This document shows positions 37,414 to 49,334 of a stretch of DNA of 64,000 nt, piece by piece (position 1 is the first letter of the stretch; each line of letters starts with the position of its first letter). Source of the DNA: Gammaproteobacteria bacterium (GTDB lineage: Bacteria; Pseudomonadota; Gammaproteobacteria; Ga0077536); contig CAXXLL010000003.1 of the NCBI GenBank assembly GCA_963662545.2, positions 1,536,001 to 1,600,000 of the forward strand, written 5' to 3'. The position numbers were made by a program, and so were the translations under genes. The notes beneath the pieces are model-generated. The model had not been told where the DNA came from, ran no database searches, and saw only the letters and a program-made list of their open reading frames with translations.

Positions 37414-39576
37414 ATGAGCATTGTAAAGAGCTTCGACATCCTCGCCTCCAAGCGAAACCAAAACCGCCCGCAGTGGAAATCGCCGCTTGCGGTATGTCTG
37501 GCGGCCGGACTGATGATCTTTAATTCTTACTGCTGCGTCGTAGTCGCGGCAACCTTGGATGACATCAGCTTTAGCTCGCTGCCGGGTGACCGCGTGCAGA
37601 TAAAGATTAGGCTTTCGGATCCGGTTGACGGCGATCCCCTGAGTTTCACGATTGACAACCCGGCACGGATTGCAATTGATCTTCCAGGTACGACGCTCAA
37701 TCTCGCTAACCGCACGCAGACGATTGGCGTTGGAAATGCAGAATCTGTAACCGCGGTCCAAGCCGAAGGTAGAACCCGAGTCGTCGTCAATCTCGCACAA
37801 CTCGTTCCCTACGAGATTGCAACGAGCGACAACACGATCGCCATCACGCTCGAGGGTACAACAGCCAACCTGGACGCCGATGGCGGCGCAGGAGCGGCGA
37901 CGATGCCGGGATCTGCCGCGGGCGCGAAGATTACGGACATCGATTTTCGTCGGGGTCCCGCCGGTGAAGCTCAGATCGTAGTCGACCTGTCAGTTCCGGA
38001 TATCGCCATCAATATCACCGAGCAGGGTGAGAATGTGATTGTCGATTTCGCCAATACCATGCTGCCTGACGCGCTCGACCGCAAATTAGATGTCATGGAT
38101 TTCGCCACCCCGGCGCGCGAAATCGACACTTTTCGCCAAGGCAACGGCACCCGGATGATCATTCGCCCGACGGGTTCGTTCGAACATCTTGCTTATCAGT
38201 CGGGTAACGTCTTTACCCTGGAACTCAGACCCTTGACGTCTGCCGAGGAAGAGGCAATTAAGAAAGCCAAATTCGGTTATACCGTTGAACGCCTGTCCCT
38301 GAACTTTCAGAACATCGAAGTGCGCGCCGTACTTCAGCTGATCGCCGACTTCACTGAAAAGAATCTCGTCGCCAGCGATACCGTAGGTGGCAACGTCACC
38401 CTGCGCCTGAAGAACGTTCCCTGGGATCAGGCACTGGATATCATTCTCAAGTCCAGAGGACTGGGTAAGCGGGATATCGGTAACGTGATGATGGTCGCCC
38501 CCCAGGAAGAAATCGCAGCGCGTGAAAAACTCGAACTCGAATCCATGCAGCAGATTCAGGATCTCGCGCCGCTACGAACGGAGTTCATTCAGGTGAACTA
38601 TGCCAAGGCGGCCACCATTTCCGACCTCATCAGGGACGAAGCTACCAACCTCTTGTCGGACCGTGGCAATGTTACGGTCGACGAGCGAACGAACACGCTT
38701 CTCGTCCAGGACACCAGCGACAAACTGTCGGAAATTCGAAAGATCGTCGAGACGCTTGATGTTCCCGTTAGACAGGTGTTGATCGAATCAGGCATCGTCA
38801 TCGCTAATGAAGATTTTTCGAAAGACCTCGGCGTGAGGTTCGGGTATAGCCACGAAGCGAACAGGAAGGCCCTAGCCATCAATCCGTTGAACTTCAAATC
38901 CGGATTTCAGTCATCGATCGGCGGCGGTCTTCCGGGCAACACTAACTACGGCGACACGACTACGTTCAACGTGGATGGACTTGAAAACTACCTCGTCGAC
39001 CTGGCGGTAGCAGGTGCCGTGGGCAATTTTAAATACTCCGTGGGTAAGGTCGGCAGCTATTTGCTGCAACTGGAACTGACGGCGCTGCAGATCGAAGGCC
39101 GCGGCGAAGTGATCTCGGCGCCTCGCGTGATCACTGCGAATCAGCGCGAAGCGGTCATCGAGTCAGGTACGGAAATCCCGTTCCTGGAAGCGTCTTCGAG
39201 TGGCGCGACCTCGATTTCGTTCAAGAAAGCGGTATTGAGTCTTCGTGTCACGCCCCAGATCACACCGGATGACCGAATCATTATGGATCTGGCGGTTAAC
39301 CAGGACTCGGTAGGGCAGGTGTTCTCGGGAATCCCGAGCATTGACACCAATGAACTCCGCACCCAGGTGCTGGTGGATAATGGTGAAACGGTCGTGCTCG
39401 GTGGTATTTACGAATCGACTAACCGCGACGACAGAAGCAGCGTCCCGTTCTTCGGCGACCTGCCGTACCTCGGCAAGCTGTTTCAGCGGACCGCGGTCGA
39501 AGCCACCAAGCAGGAGTTGCTCATCTTCGTTACTCCGAAGATCATCAAGGAAACCCTTTCTCTCTCGTCGCGATAA
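37414..39576 (+). CDS. pilQ: Type IV pilus secretin PilQ
   Basis: Two AMIN-like domains, LSLNFQ.I.VR.VLQ, VPWDQALD, VTPQITPD and ELLIFVTPKI. Confidence 0.96.
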   Translation: MSIVKSFDILASKRNQNRPQWKSPLAVCLAAGLMIFNSYCCVVVAATLDDISFSSLPGDRVQIKIRLSDPVDGDPLSFTIDNPARIAIDLPGTTLNLANRTQTIGVGNAESVTAVQAEGRTRVVVNLAQLVPYEIATSDNTIAITLEGTTANLDADGGAGAATMPGSAAGAKITDIDFRRGPAGEAQIVVDLSVPDIAINITEQGENVIVDFANTMLPDALDRKLDVMDFATPAREIDTFRQGNGTRMIIRPTGSFEHLAYQSGNVFTLELRPLTSAEEEAIKKAKFGYTVERLSLNFQNIEVRAVLQLIADFTEKNLVASDTVGGNVTLRLKNVPWDQALDIILKSRGLGKRDIGNVMMVAPQEEIAAREKLELESMQQIQDLAPLRTEFIQVNYAKAATISDLIRDEATNLLSDRGNVTVDERTNTLLVQDTSDKLSEIRKIVETLDVPVRQVLIESGIVIANEDFSKDLGVRFGYSHEANRKALAINPLNFKSGFQSSIGGGLPGNTNYGDTTTFNVDGLENYLVDLAVAGAVGNFKYSVGKVGSYLLQLELTALQIEGRGEVISAPRVITANQREAVIESGTEIPFLEASSSGATSISFKKAVLSLRVTPQITPDDRIIMDLAVNQDSVGQVFSGIPSIDTNELRTQVLVDNGETVVLGGIYESTNRDDRSSVPFFGDLPYLGKLFQRTAVEATKQELLIFVTPKIIKETLSLSSR

Positions 39577-39599
39577 CGGAATATCGAGAGTGCCATCAC

Positions 39600-39627
39600 A
39601 AGCGGGAGCCTGGCTCCCGCTTTTTTT
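39600..39627 (+). terminator. Rho-independent terminator after pilQ
   Basis: AGCGGGAGC-CTG-GCTCCCGCT followed by a T run. Confidence 0.88.
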
Positions 39628-39701
39628 GCCTGCTTGGATCTTCCTGCCTAGTTTCTAGGCTCCTCGGCGGAGTATATGGCTATCCCCGGATGATAAATGC
39701 C

Positions 39702-39793
39702 CTCGCCAAGCCGCCACGTACGCTAAGGAATCATTGACCTTCTTCGACAAGCGCTCGCGCCTTCTTCTTGGCGTGCTTTGCGTCTCCGCGAGA
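39702..39793. repeat. Degenerate inverted array of ~9-bp-period units (CGCCAAG / CTTGGCG)
   Basis: Left arm CGCCAAG-C-CGCCACG-TA-CGCTAAG; right arm CTTGGCG-TG-CTTTGCG-TC-TCCGCG. Confidence 0.4.
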
Positions 39794-39905
39794 GTATCAT
39801 CAAGGATCGCTTGGTAACGCGCTGCGGAGAATTCGCGATCGTCATGGCCTTGAGTACAAAATCCTACCAGGGTCCGAATCGAGTTCAGTAGAACAATGGT
39901 GAGAA

Positions 39906-40424
39906 ATGCGGGCTAGAGACGAATCACGCATATTTCTCGTCGGTCCGATGGGCGCCGGTAAAACGACGATCGGAAACCAGTTGGCGCGCAGCCTGAATTT
40001 GGATTTCATTGATCTCGACCAGGAACTCGAACGCCGCACTGGCGCAAGCGTGTCTTTGATTTTCGATATCGAGGGCGAATCGGGCTTCAGAGAGCGGGAA
40101 AAAAAACTGATCAACGAATTGACGCAGCGCGATCGTACGGTGCTGGCGACCGGCGGCGGTGCGGTGCTCGCCGCGGATAATCGGCAGCGTTTGAGCCGGC
40201 GTGGCTTCGTCGTTTATCTTAAAACGCCTCTTGAGACGCTCGTCGAGCGAACTCGTTATGATACGTCCCGGCCACTACTACATAGCGGCGATCCGGCGGC
40301 AACGCTCGGCGAAATACTGCAGGTACGCGAGCCCCTTTATGCGGAAGTAGCTGACCTCGTCGTAGATTCGGGTACATTGTCTGTGAAGCAAGTTCTCAAG
40401 ATGATTTCGGAAGAACTGCAATGA
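39906..40424 (+). CDS. aroK: Shikimate kinase
   Basis: GPMGAGKTT, EGE.GFR, TGGG, RPLL and R.PLY motifs. Confidence 0.97.
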   Translation: MRARDESRIFLVGPMGAGKTTIGNQLARSLNLDFIDLDQELERRTGASVSLIFDIEGESGFREREKKLINELTQRDRTVLATGGGAVLAADNRQRLSRRGFVVYLKTPLETLVERTRYDTSRPLLHSGDPAATLGEILQVREPLYAEVADLVVDSGTLSVKQVLKMISEELQ

Positions 40425-41506
40425 ATCCAGAACTTCACGTCGAACTCGGCGATCGCAGCTATCCGATTCACATAGGTCCGGGCTTGCTCGCCGACGAAGA
40501 ACTGTTCCGGGCGGCCGTGCCCTCAGATCAAGTAATGATTCTTACCGACGAGAATGTTGCACCCTTATATCTGGACCGTATACGCCGCCATTTCCAGGAT
40601 CGCTCCTGTGAGGCCCTGATCCTTCCCGACGGCGAGATTCATAAATCGCTCGGTCGCTTCGAAGACATCGTCACTTTCATGCTCGAACGCGGCTTCGAAA
40701 GAAGCGCTACGCTCGTCGCGCTCGGCGGCGGTGTCATCGGCGACCTCGGCGGATTTGCCGCAGCGTGTTATCAGCGCGGAATCGCCTATGTGCAGGTGCC
40801 CACGACCTTACTGGCACAGGTCGATTCCTCAGTCGGAGGCAAAACCGCCGTCAATCATCCCTTGGGCAAGAACATGGTCGGTGCTTTTCATCAGCCGCAA
40901 GCGGTGATCGCGGATACCGAATCGCTCGCCACTTTGCCGGACCGCGAGTATCGTTCGGGGATCGCTGAAGTGATCAAGTATGGATTGATACGTGATCGCA
41001 ATTTTTTCGAATGGCTCGAAGCCAATCTCAGCGGAATCCTGGCGCGCTCCCCTGAAATAATCGATCATGCGATACGGCGATCGTGCGAGAACAAGGCCGA
41101 AATTGTCGCTGCAGACGAAACAGAGACTGGCATCCGCGCGATGCTCAATTTTGGCCACACATTCGGCCACGCCATTGAAACAGGGACGGGCTATGGTCGT
41201 TGGCTGCATGGAGAAGCCGTCGCCGCGGGGATGTGTATGGCGGCGCGCTTGTCCGCATTGTCGGGATCGCTAGACGTAAACGACGTCGCCCGGATAGAGT
41301 CGCTGATACGGAGTGCGGGACTTCCGACGACGGCGCCGCAAGAGATCTCTTGCGAGGTGTTTCTGGAATTGATGAAACGCGATAAAAAGAGCGTCAAAGG
41401 CCGCATTCGACTGGTGTTGCTGGAGGCCATCGGCGAGGCGAAGCTTACGACTGATTACTCCGATAAAATGCTCCTCGATACGATTGCTTCCCGGATGGTC
41501 GGCTGA
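40421..41506 (+). CDS. aroB: 3-dehydroquinate synthase
   Basis: LGGGVIGD, PTTLLAQVDSSVGGKT, NFGHTFGHAIE and HGEAV motifs. Confidence 0.98.
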   Translation: MNPELHVELGDRSYPIHIGPGLLADEELFRAAVPSDQVMILTDENVAPLYLDRIRRHFQDRSCEALILPDGEIHKSLGRFEDIVTFMLERGFERSATLVALGGGVIGDLGGFAAACYQRGIAYVQVPTTLLAQVDSSVGGKTAVNHPLGKNMVGAFHQPQAVIADTESLATLPDREYRSGIAEVIKYGLIRDRNFFEWLEANLSGILARSPEIIDHAIRRSCENKAEIVAADETETGIRAMLNFGHTFGHAIETGTGYGRWLHGEAVAAGMCMAARLSALSGSLDVNDVARIESLIRSAGLPTTAPQEISCEVFLELMKRDKKSVKGRIRLVLLEAIGEAKLTTDYSDKMLLDTIASRMVG

Positions 41507-43106
41507 CTGGGAGCTTTGGCAAGACATGCGCCCGGAAGTACAGCCAGACGCCGACGGGAGCCTGGAGCTTCCCTACCTCATCGCCCCCAACCATCGTCAA
41601 CGCCTCGATCTGATCCATCATTTGCTGGAATTCGGGAATCAGATCGTCCTCATTCAAGGTGCCCCGGGATCGGGCCGCACGAGGATGCTGGAGTGCGTCT
41701 GTGCGGAAGCGGAGTCAAGCTGGAACATCCGGCAAATAGAAGGTGCGATCGAGTCGCCCGATGCACTGCTGCGATTTCTCGCGGACGGGCTGTCGGGTGA
41801 AGAATGGGCCGCGGACACCGACCGCGAAGAACTCATCTCGGCAATTGACGACGCCTTGGCCCACATGGCCGACGACCGCAGTTTGTGCGTCCTCGTGGTC
41901 GATGATGCCGATGATCTCGACGAAGAAATCTACACGCTTTTGTTCGGGTTGGCGCGATCGAACGGCCCGGGCGGCGAACTCCGCGTGCTGCTTGCGGGCA
42001 GGTCCGAATCGGATCTGGAGGAGCGCCTGCAACGCGCGGCACCCGGTCCGGCACTCGTACATGTCATCGACATCCCGGAACTCGATTCCGGTCAGGTTCG
42101 TGAAATCATCGAGAGTTTCGCGCGCGAATTTAGCGGCGAGAATCGGCTCCTGGAAATTGATCCCGAACGACTTGCGCGCGATACCGGCGGCAATCCCGGT
42201 AAGGTGATCGCCGAATTGAACGCCCTCAGCGACGCCCCGCCGGGTTCGACAACGGTTGGGCGTGCAACGCGTCACAAGCAACATCAGATTTACGCCGCAA
42301 TGTTCGCGGTCGTGGTCATCGCTGGAGCCGCATATGCGCTATTCGGAACATCCGAGCGCAAGGGCAAGATCGAAACGGTCGCGCTGGCGCTGCCTGAGAA
42401 AAACGTATCCGAAATGCCGACAGCACCTTCCGCCAAGCGCCATGCGGCCAATCCTTTGGAGGAGACGGCCGTGGTGGTCGAAACGGCTGATACCGCCACG
42501 GGTGACGCGGTTGATACGGTCGATGTCGACGCAGGTGACGCGATCGAGCCGGGCGATTCGATGGGTGAAGGGTTCGGCGCGGACGCGGCGGATCCCACCT
42601 TGAAGGAACTCGCCACCGCCCTGAACGGCGGCGGCGTCTCCGAGCCCGCAGCCGGATCGCCGGCGGATCTGGACGAGCAAGACCTCACCGAAGACGCCGC
42701 CGCCGGTGTGCCGGGCGACGCAGTCGTGACGGAAACGGTCGCGCCGCCAACGGAAACCCCATCCGCAAACCTCCCGTCAACCGTTGTCGACCTTGAGCCT
42801 ACGCCCGAATCTCCCGAACAGAAGACCTATTCAAGTAAGTGGGTACTCACTCAAGATCCCCAGAGCTACGTCATCCAACTGTTCGGCGTACGCGATCGGA
42901 ACGCGGCGGTCCGCTTCGTCAAGGCCAACGACCTCGGCTTGCTGAGCGCCGTCATCGCCATCACCCATGAGGGTACGCCCTGGTACGTATTAGTCCTTGG
43001 CCATTACCCCGACCGCGACAGCGCCAGGGCCGCGATCGATGGTTTGAGCCCGCCCCTTGCGACGCTAAAACCGTGGGCCCGGCCTATCCACTCGCTTACA
43101 GAATAA
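41484..43106 (+). CDS. AAA + SPOR domain protein (DamX-like); start uncertain (TTG 41484 or ATG 41526)
   Basis: Degenerate P-loop GAPGSGRT, VVDDA, a TM segment, acidic linker and C-terminal SPOR (Y.IQL, WY...G.Y, PW.R); conserved position after aroB. Confidence 0.8.
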   Translation: MLPGWSADWELWQDMRPEVQPDADGSLELPYLIAPNHRQRLDLIHHLLEFGNQIVLIQGAPGSGRTRMLECVCAEAESSWNIRQIEGAIESPDALLRFLADGLSGEEWAADTDREELISAIDDALAHMADDRSLCVLVVDDADDLDEEIYTLLFGLARSNGPGGELRVLLAGRSESDLEERLQRAAPGPALVHVIDIPELDSGQVREIIESFAREFSGENRLLEIDPERLARDTGGNPGKVIAELNALSDAPPGSTTVGRATRHKQHQIYAAMFAVVVIAGAAYALFGTSERKGKIETVALALPEKNVSEMPTAPSAKRHAANPLEETAVVVETADTATGDAVDTVDVDAGDAIEPGDSMGEGFGADAADPTLKELATALNGGGVSEPAAGSPADLDEQDLTEDAAAGVPGDAVVTETVAPPTETPSANLPSTVVDLEPTPESPEQKTYSSKWVLTQDPQSYVIQLFGVRDRNAAVRFVKANDLGLLSAVIAITHEGTPWYVLVLGHYPDRDSARAAIDGLSPPLATLKPWARPIHSLTE

Positions 43107-43281
43107 TCCTTTAAATATAATAAGTTAAAAGCGCCTACACCGCTCTATACGAACCTTCCCCGCGCCGTCTGTAGCCGCATCGCGTGATGACAGTTTCGCG
43201 TAGCTCGGCATATAATCGGCGTCCTTTTTCGCGCAATTCATCACTGTATTCACGAACCAAGCCCCGGAGGCAAGCTGAGGG

Positions 43282-46200
43282 ATGGACCCAGTTCGCACGC
43301 GATTTCCGCTAGCGCCTAGATCCGAAGGGGGTCTCTATGACGCCCGCAACGAACATGATTCCTGTGGAGTCGGGTTCGTCGTGGACATGAAGGGCCGGAA
43401 ATCGCACCAGATCATTGTCCAGGCGCTAACCGTGCTCCGGAACTTGATGCATCGCGGCGCCTGCGGCTCTGAAGAGAATACCGGCGACGGTGCCGGGATT
43501 CTTATACAAATGCCCGACCGGTTTCTGCGCGAACGGTGTGGGGAACTCGGTCTGACATTGCCTCAATTCGGCCACTACGGCGCCGGCATGGTATTTCTGC
43601 CGCGGGACGCTGACCAGGCTGGGCATTGTATGGAGGCTTTTCGCCGCGTCGTAGAGGAAGAAGGCCAGGATTTCATCGGCTGGCGCGAGGTGCCGAGCGA
43701 AGACTCCATGATCGGGCCGACCGCCCGATCAGCGAAACCGGAGTTTCGCCAGGTTTTCATCGGCCGCAGCAACACGATAACGAATGACGACGCCTTTGAG
43801 CGCAAGCTCTACGTCATTCGTAAACGCATTGAACACATCATATGGAACGGCGATCTCGCCGAAAAATCGCTGTTTTATCTGCCGAGCCTGTCGCACCGCA
43901 CCCTGGTGTACAAAGGCATGTTGATGGCGACACAACTCGAGCAGCTGTTTGTCGATTTGAGCGACACCTCGATGGAAAGCGCGCTTGCGCTGGTCCATCA
44001 GCGCTTTTCGACGAATACTTTTCCGTCCTGGCCGCTCGCTCACCCCTTTCGTTACGTCGCGCACAACGGGGAAATAAATACATTGCGCGGCAATATCAAC
44101 TGGATGCGCGCGCGCGAAGCCCTGTGTGATTCCGATTTGCTTGGAGACGATCTGGAGAAGCTGTTTCCAATCGTTGTGGAGGGTAATTCGGATTCGGCGA
44201 ATTTCGACGAGGTCCTCGAGTTCTTGCACATGGCGGGTCGCCCCCTGCCGCTGGCGGTACTCATGATGATTCCGGAAGCCTGGAGCGGACACCAATCGAT
44301 GGACCCCGCGCGCAAGGCCTTCTACGAGTATCACGGCTGCCTGATGGAGCCCTGGGACGGCCCGGCCTCCATCGCATTCACCGACGGCACGGTGATCGGG
44401 GCCGTGCTCGATCGTAACGGCCTAAGGCCATCACGGTACTACGTGACCAAGGACGACCTCGTCGTCATGGCGTCCGAGGTCGGTGTGCTCGACATCCCAC
44501 CCGAGAACATCAAGATCAAGGAACGCCTGCACCCGGGACGGATCTTTCTCGTCGACACCGAGCGGGGTCGGATTGTCGACGACGCTGAACTGAAGCAGCG
44601 CTACATCGATCAGTATCCCTTCGCGGAATGGCTCGAAAAAAATCACGTTTCGGTGGATGCACTACCCGAACCGCCGCACATTCATGAACCGGATCATCAA
44701 ACGGTGCTGCAGCGCCAGCAGGTCTTCGGCTATACGCACGAAGATCTGCGGCTGCTCATGCAGCCAATGGCCCGGGACGGCGCCGAGGCCATCGGGTCGA
44801 TGGGCACGGACGCGGCGCTGGCCGTGCTGTCGAACCGCTCGCGTCTGCTTTACGACTATTTCAAGCAGCTCTTCGCTCAGGTAACAAACCCACCGCTGGA
44901 CGGCATCAGAGAGCAGCTCGTCACGCAGATATCCACACCGATCGGACCGGAAGGCAACCTGCTCAAACCCGGTCCGGAGTCCTGCCGGCAGATCAAGCTC
45001 AATTCGCCGATCGTGGAGAACCGGGACCTGGAGAAAATACGCAACGTCAATACACTCGGCTTGCGCAGCAAAACGATCGATGCGACCTACCCCGTCGCAG
45101 AAGGCGTACTGGGTCTCGAAGCAGCCATGGACCGTATCCGCGAGGAGGCCGATACCGCCATCGACAACGGTTACGCCTTCCTCATCCTTTCCGACCGCGA
45201 GATGGACAAGGACAACGCGCCCATACCGGCCGCACTCGCGACCGCAGGCATTCACCACCATCTCGTGCGCAACGGGCGCCGAACCCGTGCCAGCCTCGTT
45301 GTCGAATCGGGAGAGCCGCGCGAGGTGCATCACTTTGCCGTGCTACTCGGCTACGGCGCCAGCGTAATCAATCCCTACCTTGCGTTTGAAACCCTGGACG
45401 ACATGCTGCGTCAGGGCATTCTGAACGAGATCGCCGATCACAAATCCGGCGAATCACTGCACGACGCGGCCATTCGCAATTTCATCAATGCGCTGAACAA
45501 GGGATTGCTCAAAGTCATGTCCAAAATGGGCATCTCCTCAGTGCAATCCTACCGGGGCGCCCAAATTTTCGAGGCGGTTGGTCTCGATTCCGACTTCGTC
45601 GAGGAGTACTTCACCTGGACCGCTTCGCGCATTGGCGGCATTGGGCTCAATGTCGTCGAAAAAGAAGTCAGCATGCGGCATTACGAAGCGCATCCGAACC
45701 GCCTAGTCAAAAAGCCCGATCTCAATTCGGGTGGAGAGTACCAGTGGCGGCGCGATGGTGAATATCACCTGTTCAATCCGGAAACGGTTTTCAAGCTGCA
45801 GCATGCGACCCGATCAGGGCGATACGAGATTTTCAAGGAATACACCCAAGCGGTCGACGATCAGAGCGTGAACCGCGCGACCTTGCGCGGCCTGTTGCGC
45901 TTCAAGCCCCGCGTCAAATCGATTCCTCTCGACGAAGTCGAGTCCGTTGAATCGATCATGAAGCGTTTCCATACCGGCGCCATGTCATACGGCTCGATCA
46001 GCAGCGAGGCGCATGAAACGCTCGCGATCGCTCTGAATCGCATCGGTGGCCGTTCGAACACGGGTGAAGGCGGCGAAGATCCGGCGCGCTATACGCCCGA
46101 TGCAAATGGCGATCTGCGCCGCAGCGCAATCAAGCAAATCGCGTCGGGGCGCTTCGGCGTGACCAGCGAATACCTGGTAAATGCCACCGACCTGCAGATC

Positions 46201-47889
46201 AAGATGGCCCAGGGCGCCAAACCGGGAGAAGGCGGCCAGTTACCCGGAACCAAAGTCTATCCCTGGATTGCTAAAGTACGGCACTCGACCCCGGGCGTCG
46301 GGCTCATTTCGCCGCCGCCTCATCACGACATCTATTCGATCGAGGATCTGGCGCAGCTGATCCATGACTTAAAGAATTCGAATCCCGAAGCACGCGTGCA
46401 GGTCAAGCTGGTTGCCGAAGTCGGTGTTGGAACCGTCGCCGCTGGCGTCGCGAAAGCGCATTCTGACGTCGTCCTGATCTCGGGCTACGATGGAGGCACA
46501 GGCGCCTCGCCGGTGTCCTCGCTCAAACATGCGGGCGTGCCGTGGGAACTGGGGCTGGCCGAAACCCAGCAGGTGCTGGTCGAGAATAATTTGCGCGATC
46601 GCATCATCGTACAGGTCGACGGCCAGATGAAATCCGGTCGGGACTGCATCATCGCGGCCATGCTCGGCGCTGAGGAATACGGTTTTTCGACCGCGCCACT
46701 GGTCGTGATGGGCTGCATCATGATGCGCGTGTGCCACCTGAACACCTGCCCAGTCGGGATCGCGACTCAGAACCCGGCTCTGCGCGAAAAATTTGACGGC
46801 GACCCGGCGTTCGTCGAGACCTTCTTTCGCTTCATTGCCGACGAAATGCGCGAATATCTGGCCGAACTCGGCGTGCGAAAAATCGATGATTTGATCGGCC
46901 GCGCCGATTTGCTCGATGTCGAGAACGCGGTCGATCACTGGAAAGCCGCCGGCTTGGATCTTTCGCAAATTCTGTATCGACCCGAGGTCGGGCCGGAGGT
47001 CGCCATTCGGCGTGTACGCGAACAGGACCACGGCCTCGAAAAATCCCTCGACCGCACTACCATCGTACCGCTCTGCGAGAAAGCGCTGGAGAACCGTGAA
47101 CCCGTAGTCGCCATTCTGCCTATCAGAAACACCAACCGCACGGTCGGCACGATACTTGGTTTTGAGATCACGCGGCGGTACGGCGCAGCGGGCTTGCCCG
47201 AAGATACGATCAAACTGCGCTTCAACGGATCGGCAGGACAAAGTTTCGGCGCGTTCGTCCCGAAAGGGGTGACGATGACTCTCGAGGGAGACGCCAACGA
47301 TTACATCGGCAAGGGTCTGTCGGGTGGGAAAATCGTCGTATACCCGCCGCGTCATTCGACCTTCGTACCGGAGAAGAACATTCTCATCGGTAACGTCGCA
47401 CTCTACGGCGCGACCGACGGAGAAGCGTATTTCCGGGGTATCGCGGGCGAGCGCTTCGGTGTCAGAAATAGCGGCGCGGATACCGTTGTCGAAAGCGTGG
47501 GCGATCACGGCTGCGAATACATGACCGGAGGCCGCGTCGTGATCATCGGCGGGACCGGCCGCAATTTCGCGGCGGGCATGTCAGGAGGCATCGCTTACGT
47601 CTTCGACCCCGAAGGCGTGTTTCCCCCGCTTTGCAACACGCAAATGGTCGATCTTGACACGCTCGATTCCGACGACGACGAGGAGACGGTGCGGCGCCTG
47701 TTGAAGAATCACGTGCGTTACACGCAAAGTACGGTCGCGCAGCGAATACTGGAGCGTTGGGACCTCAAGCGTGAAAAATTCGTCAAGGTCATGCCGAAAG
47801 ACTACAAGCGCATTCTCGAGGCGATGGAGAAAGCCCGGCGCACCGGCATATCGGAAGACGAGGCCGTCATGGAAGCCGCCCATGGCTAA
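43282..47889 (+). CDS. gltB: Glutamate synthase large subunit
   Basis: [33 protein letters not shown], CxxxxxCxxxxC cluster motif and GXGXG repeats. Confidence 0.98.
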   Translation: MDPVRTRFPLAPRSEGGLYDARNEHDSCGVGFVVDMKGRKSHQIIVQALTVLRNLMHRGACGSEENTGDGAGILIQMPDRFLRERCGELGLTLPQFGHYGAGMVFLPRDADQAGHCMEAFRRVVEEEGQDFIGWREVPSEDSMIGPTARSAKPEFRQVFIGRSNTITNDDAFERKLYVIRKRIEHIIWNGDLAEKSLFYLPSLSHRTLVYKGMLMATQLEQLFVDLSDTSMESALALVHQRFSTNTFPSWPLAHPFRYVAHNGEINTLRGNINWMRAREALCDSDLLGDDLEKLFPIVVEGNSDSANFDEVLEFLHMAGRPLPLAVLMMIPEAWSGHQSMDPARKAFYEYHGCLMEPWDGPASIAFTDGTVIGAVLDRNGLRPSRYYVTKDDLVVMASEVGVLDIPPENIKIKERLHPGRIFLVDTERGRIVDDAELKQRYIDQYPFAEWLEKNHVSVDALPEPPHIHEPDHQTVLQRQQVFGYTHEDLRLLMQPMARDGAEAIGSMGTDAALAVLSNRSRLLYDYFKQLFAQVTNPPLDGIREQLVTQISTPIGPEGNLLKPGPESCRQIKLNSPIVENRDLEKIRNVNTLGLRSKTIDATYPVAEGVLGLEAAMDRIREEADTAIDNGYAFLILSDREMDKDNAPIPAALATAGIHHHLVRNGRRTRASLVVESGEPREVHHFAVLLGYGASVINPYLAFETLDDMLRQGILNEIADHKSGESLHDAAIRNFINALNKGLLKVMSKMGISSVQSYRGAQIFEAVGLDSDFVEEYFTWTASRIGGIGLNVVEKEVSMRHYEAHPNRLVKKPDLNSGGEYQWRRDGEYHLFNPETVFKLQHATRSGRYEIFKEYTQAVDDQSVNRATLRGLLRFKPRVKSIPLDEVESVESIMKRFHTGAMSYGSISSEAHETLAIALNRIGGRSNTGEGGEDPARYTPDANGDLRRSAIKQIASGRFGVTSEYLVNATDLQIKMAQGAKPGEGGQLPGTKVYPWIAKVRHSTPGVGLISPPPHHDIYSIEDLAQLIHDLKNSNPEARVQVKLVAEVGVGTVAAGVAKAHSDVVLISGYDGGTGASPVSSLKHAGVPWELGLAETQQVLVENNLRDRIIVQVDGQMKSGRDCIIAAMLGAEEYGFSTAPLVVMGCIMMRVCHLNTCPVGIATQNPALREKFDGDPAFVETFFRFIADEMREYLAELGVRKIDDLIGRADLLDVENAVDHWKAAGLDLSQILYRPEVGPEVAIRRVREQDHGLEKSLDRTTIVPLCEKALENREPVVAILPIRNTNRTVGTILGFEITRRYGAAGLPEDTIKLRFNGSAGQSFGAFVPKGVTMTLEGDANDYIGKGLSGGKIVVYPPRHSTFVPEKNILIGNVALYGATDGEAYFRGIAGERFGVRNSGADTVVESVGDHGCEYMTGGRVVIIGGTGRNFAAGMSGGIAYVFDPEGVFPPLCNTQMVDLDTLDSDDDEETVRRLLKNHVRYTQSTVAQRILERWDLKREKFVKVMPKDYKRILEAMEKARRTGISEDEAVMEAAHG

Positions 47890-49327
47890 AGTCACCGGAT
47901 TTCTAGAGGCCGAACGCGAGGCTCAGCCCTACCGACCGGTCGAAAAACGACTGCTCGATTGGAACCAGGTAATGGCGGCCTATGAGCCGGATCACGTCAA
48001 CGTCCAGGCTGCACGCTGCATGGACTGCGGCATCCCGTTTTGTCTCCAGGGGTGTCCGCTGGGAAACCTGATTCCGGACTGGAACGACCTGGTTTATCGC
48101 GAACGCTGGAGCGACGCGATCGATCGCCTGCATGCGACCAATAATTTCCCCGAGTTCACCGGTACTTTGTGCCCCGCTCCCTGCGAAGGATCCTGCGTTC
48201 TGGGAATCAATGATGACCCCGTCACGATCAAGGCCGTCGAGCTCGCGCTTATCGATCGTGCATTCGACGAAGGCTGGGTCGTTCCGGAACCACCGCAAAC
48301 GGAGACTGGAAAATCCGTTGCGATCGTGGGCTCCGGTCCCGCGGGCCTCGCCGCCGCCCAGCAACTGCGCCGTGCGGGACATGCGGTAACGGTTTTTGAA
48401 AGAGACGATCGCATCGGCGGCCTGCTGCGCTACGGCATCCCGGAATTCAAGATGGAAAAGCACGTGCTCGACCGCCGCGTGCAGCAGATGAGCGACGAAG
48501 GCGTACGGTTCCAGGTCAATGCCAACATCGGTGTAGATGTCGCGGTGGAAGATTTACGCAACAAATTCGACGTCATCCTGCTTGCCGGCGGCGCCACCGC
48601 GTCGCGGGATTTACCCATCCCCGGCCGCGAACTCGACGGCGTGCATTTCGCAATGACATTTCTGCCACTGCAAAACCGCCGGTGCGAAGGCGACGATATC
48701 CCGGACAGCGCGTTCATCACCGCAAAAGACAAGCACGTGATCATCATCGGCGGCGGCGACACGGGCGCAGATTGCCTGGGTACGGTACACCGGCAGGGGG
48801 CGAAATCCGTTCGCAGCCTCGAGATCATGCCCAAACCGCCGGAGCAGCGGGCCACCGACAATCCATGGCCGGAATGGCCGCAGATTTACCGGGTCGCTGC
48901 CGCGCACGAGGAAGGCGGCGAGCGCATTTACGCCGTATCGACGAAACGATTTATTGGCGATGAGCAGGGCCGCGTCACGGCGCTGGAACTCGTCGAAGTG
49001 GAGATGAAACTGAGCAATGGCCGCCCGTCATTCGAACCGGTTCCCGGATCGGAACACGAACTCCCCTGCGATCTGGCGCTGCTGGCCATGGGATTCACGG
49101 GCCCTGAAACCGACGGTGTGATCGAGCAACTCGGCGTCGAGCTCGACCAGCGAAACAACGTTAAGCGTGACCCCGATTGGATGACTTCTGTCGAGGGCGT
49201 GTTTACGGCAGGGGATATGCAACACGGACAGTCACTTATCGTATGGGCCATTGCGGAAGGTCGTTCCGCGGCACGCGGGATCGATGAGTTTCTAATCGGC
49301 TCATCGAACTTACCGGCACCCGTATAA
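47882..49327 (+). CDS. gltD: Glutamate synthase small subunit
   Basis: [39 protein letters not shown] and GQSL.VWAI.EGR motifs. Confidence 0.97.
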   Translation: MAKVTGFLEAEREAQPYRPVEKRLLDWNQVMAAYEPDHVNVQAARCMDCGIPFCLQGCPLGNLIPDWNDLVYRERWSDAIDRLHATNNFPEFTGTLCPAPCEGSCVLGINDDPVTIKAVELALIDRAFDEGWVVPEPPQTETGKSVAIVGSGPAGLAAAQQLRRAGHAVTVFERDDRIGGLLRYGIPEFKMEKHVLDRRVQQMSDEGVRFQVNANIGVDVAVEDLRNKFDVILLAGGATASRDLPIPGRELDGVHFAMTFLPLQNRRCEGDDIPDSAFITAKDKHVIIIGGGDTGADCLGTVHRQGAKSVRSLEIMPKPPEQRATDNPWPEWPQIYRVAAAHEEGGERIYAVSTKRFIGDEQGRVTALELVEVEMKLSNGRPSFEPVPGSEHELPCDLALLAMGFTGPETDGVIEQLGVELDQRNNVKRDPDWMTSVEGVFTAGDMQHGQSLIVWAIAEGRSAARGIDEFLIGSSNLPAPV

Positions 49328-49334
49328 ACAAATA

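Noticed and set aside
46369-47508. 379-aa antisense ORF within gltB, and similar shadow ORFs such as 12442-13206 and 19764-20480
   Set aside because: They overlap well-supported genes, have no recognisable motifs and are expected from high-GC codon bias.
47771-47881. Long N-terminal extensions in the ORF track (gltD 47771, pilQ 37225, DUF368 51890, yrfG 19707, precursor 17704)
   Set aside because: Most overlap upstream genes and none shows family similarity; downstream starts with an RBS or stop-start coupling fit better.
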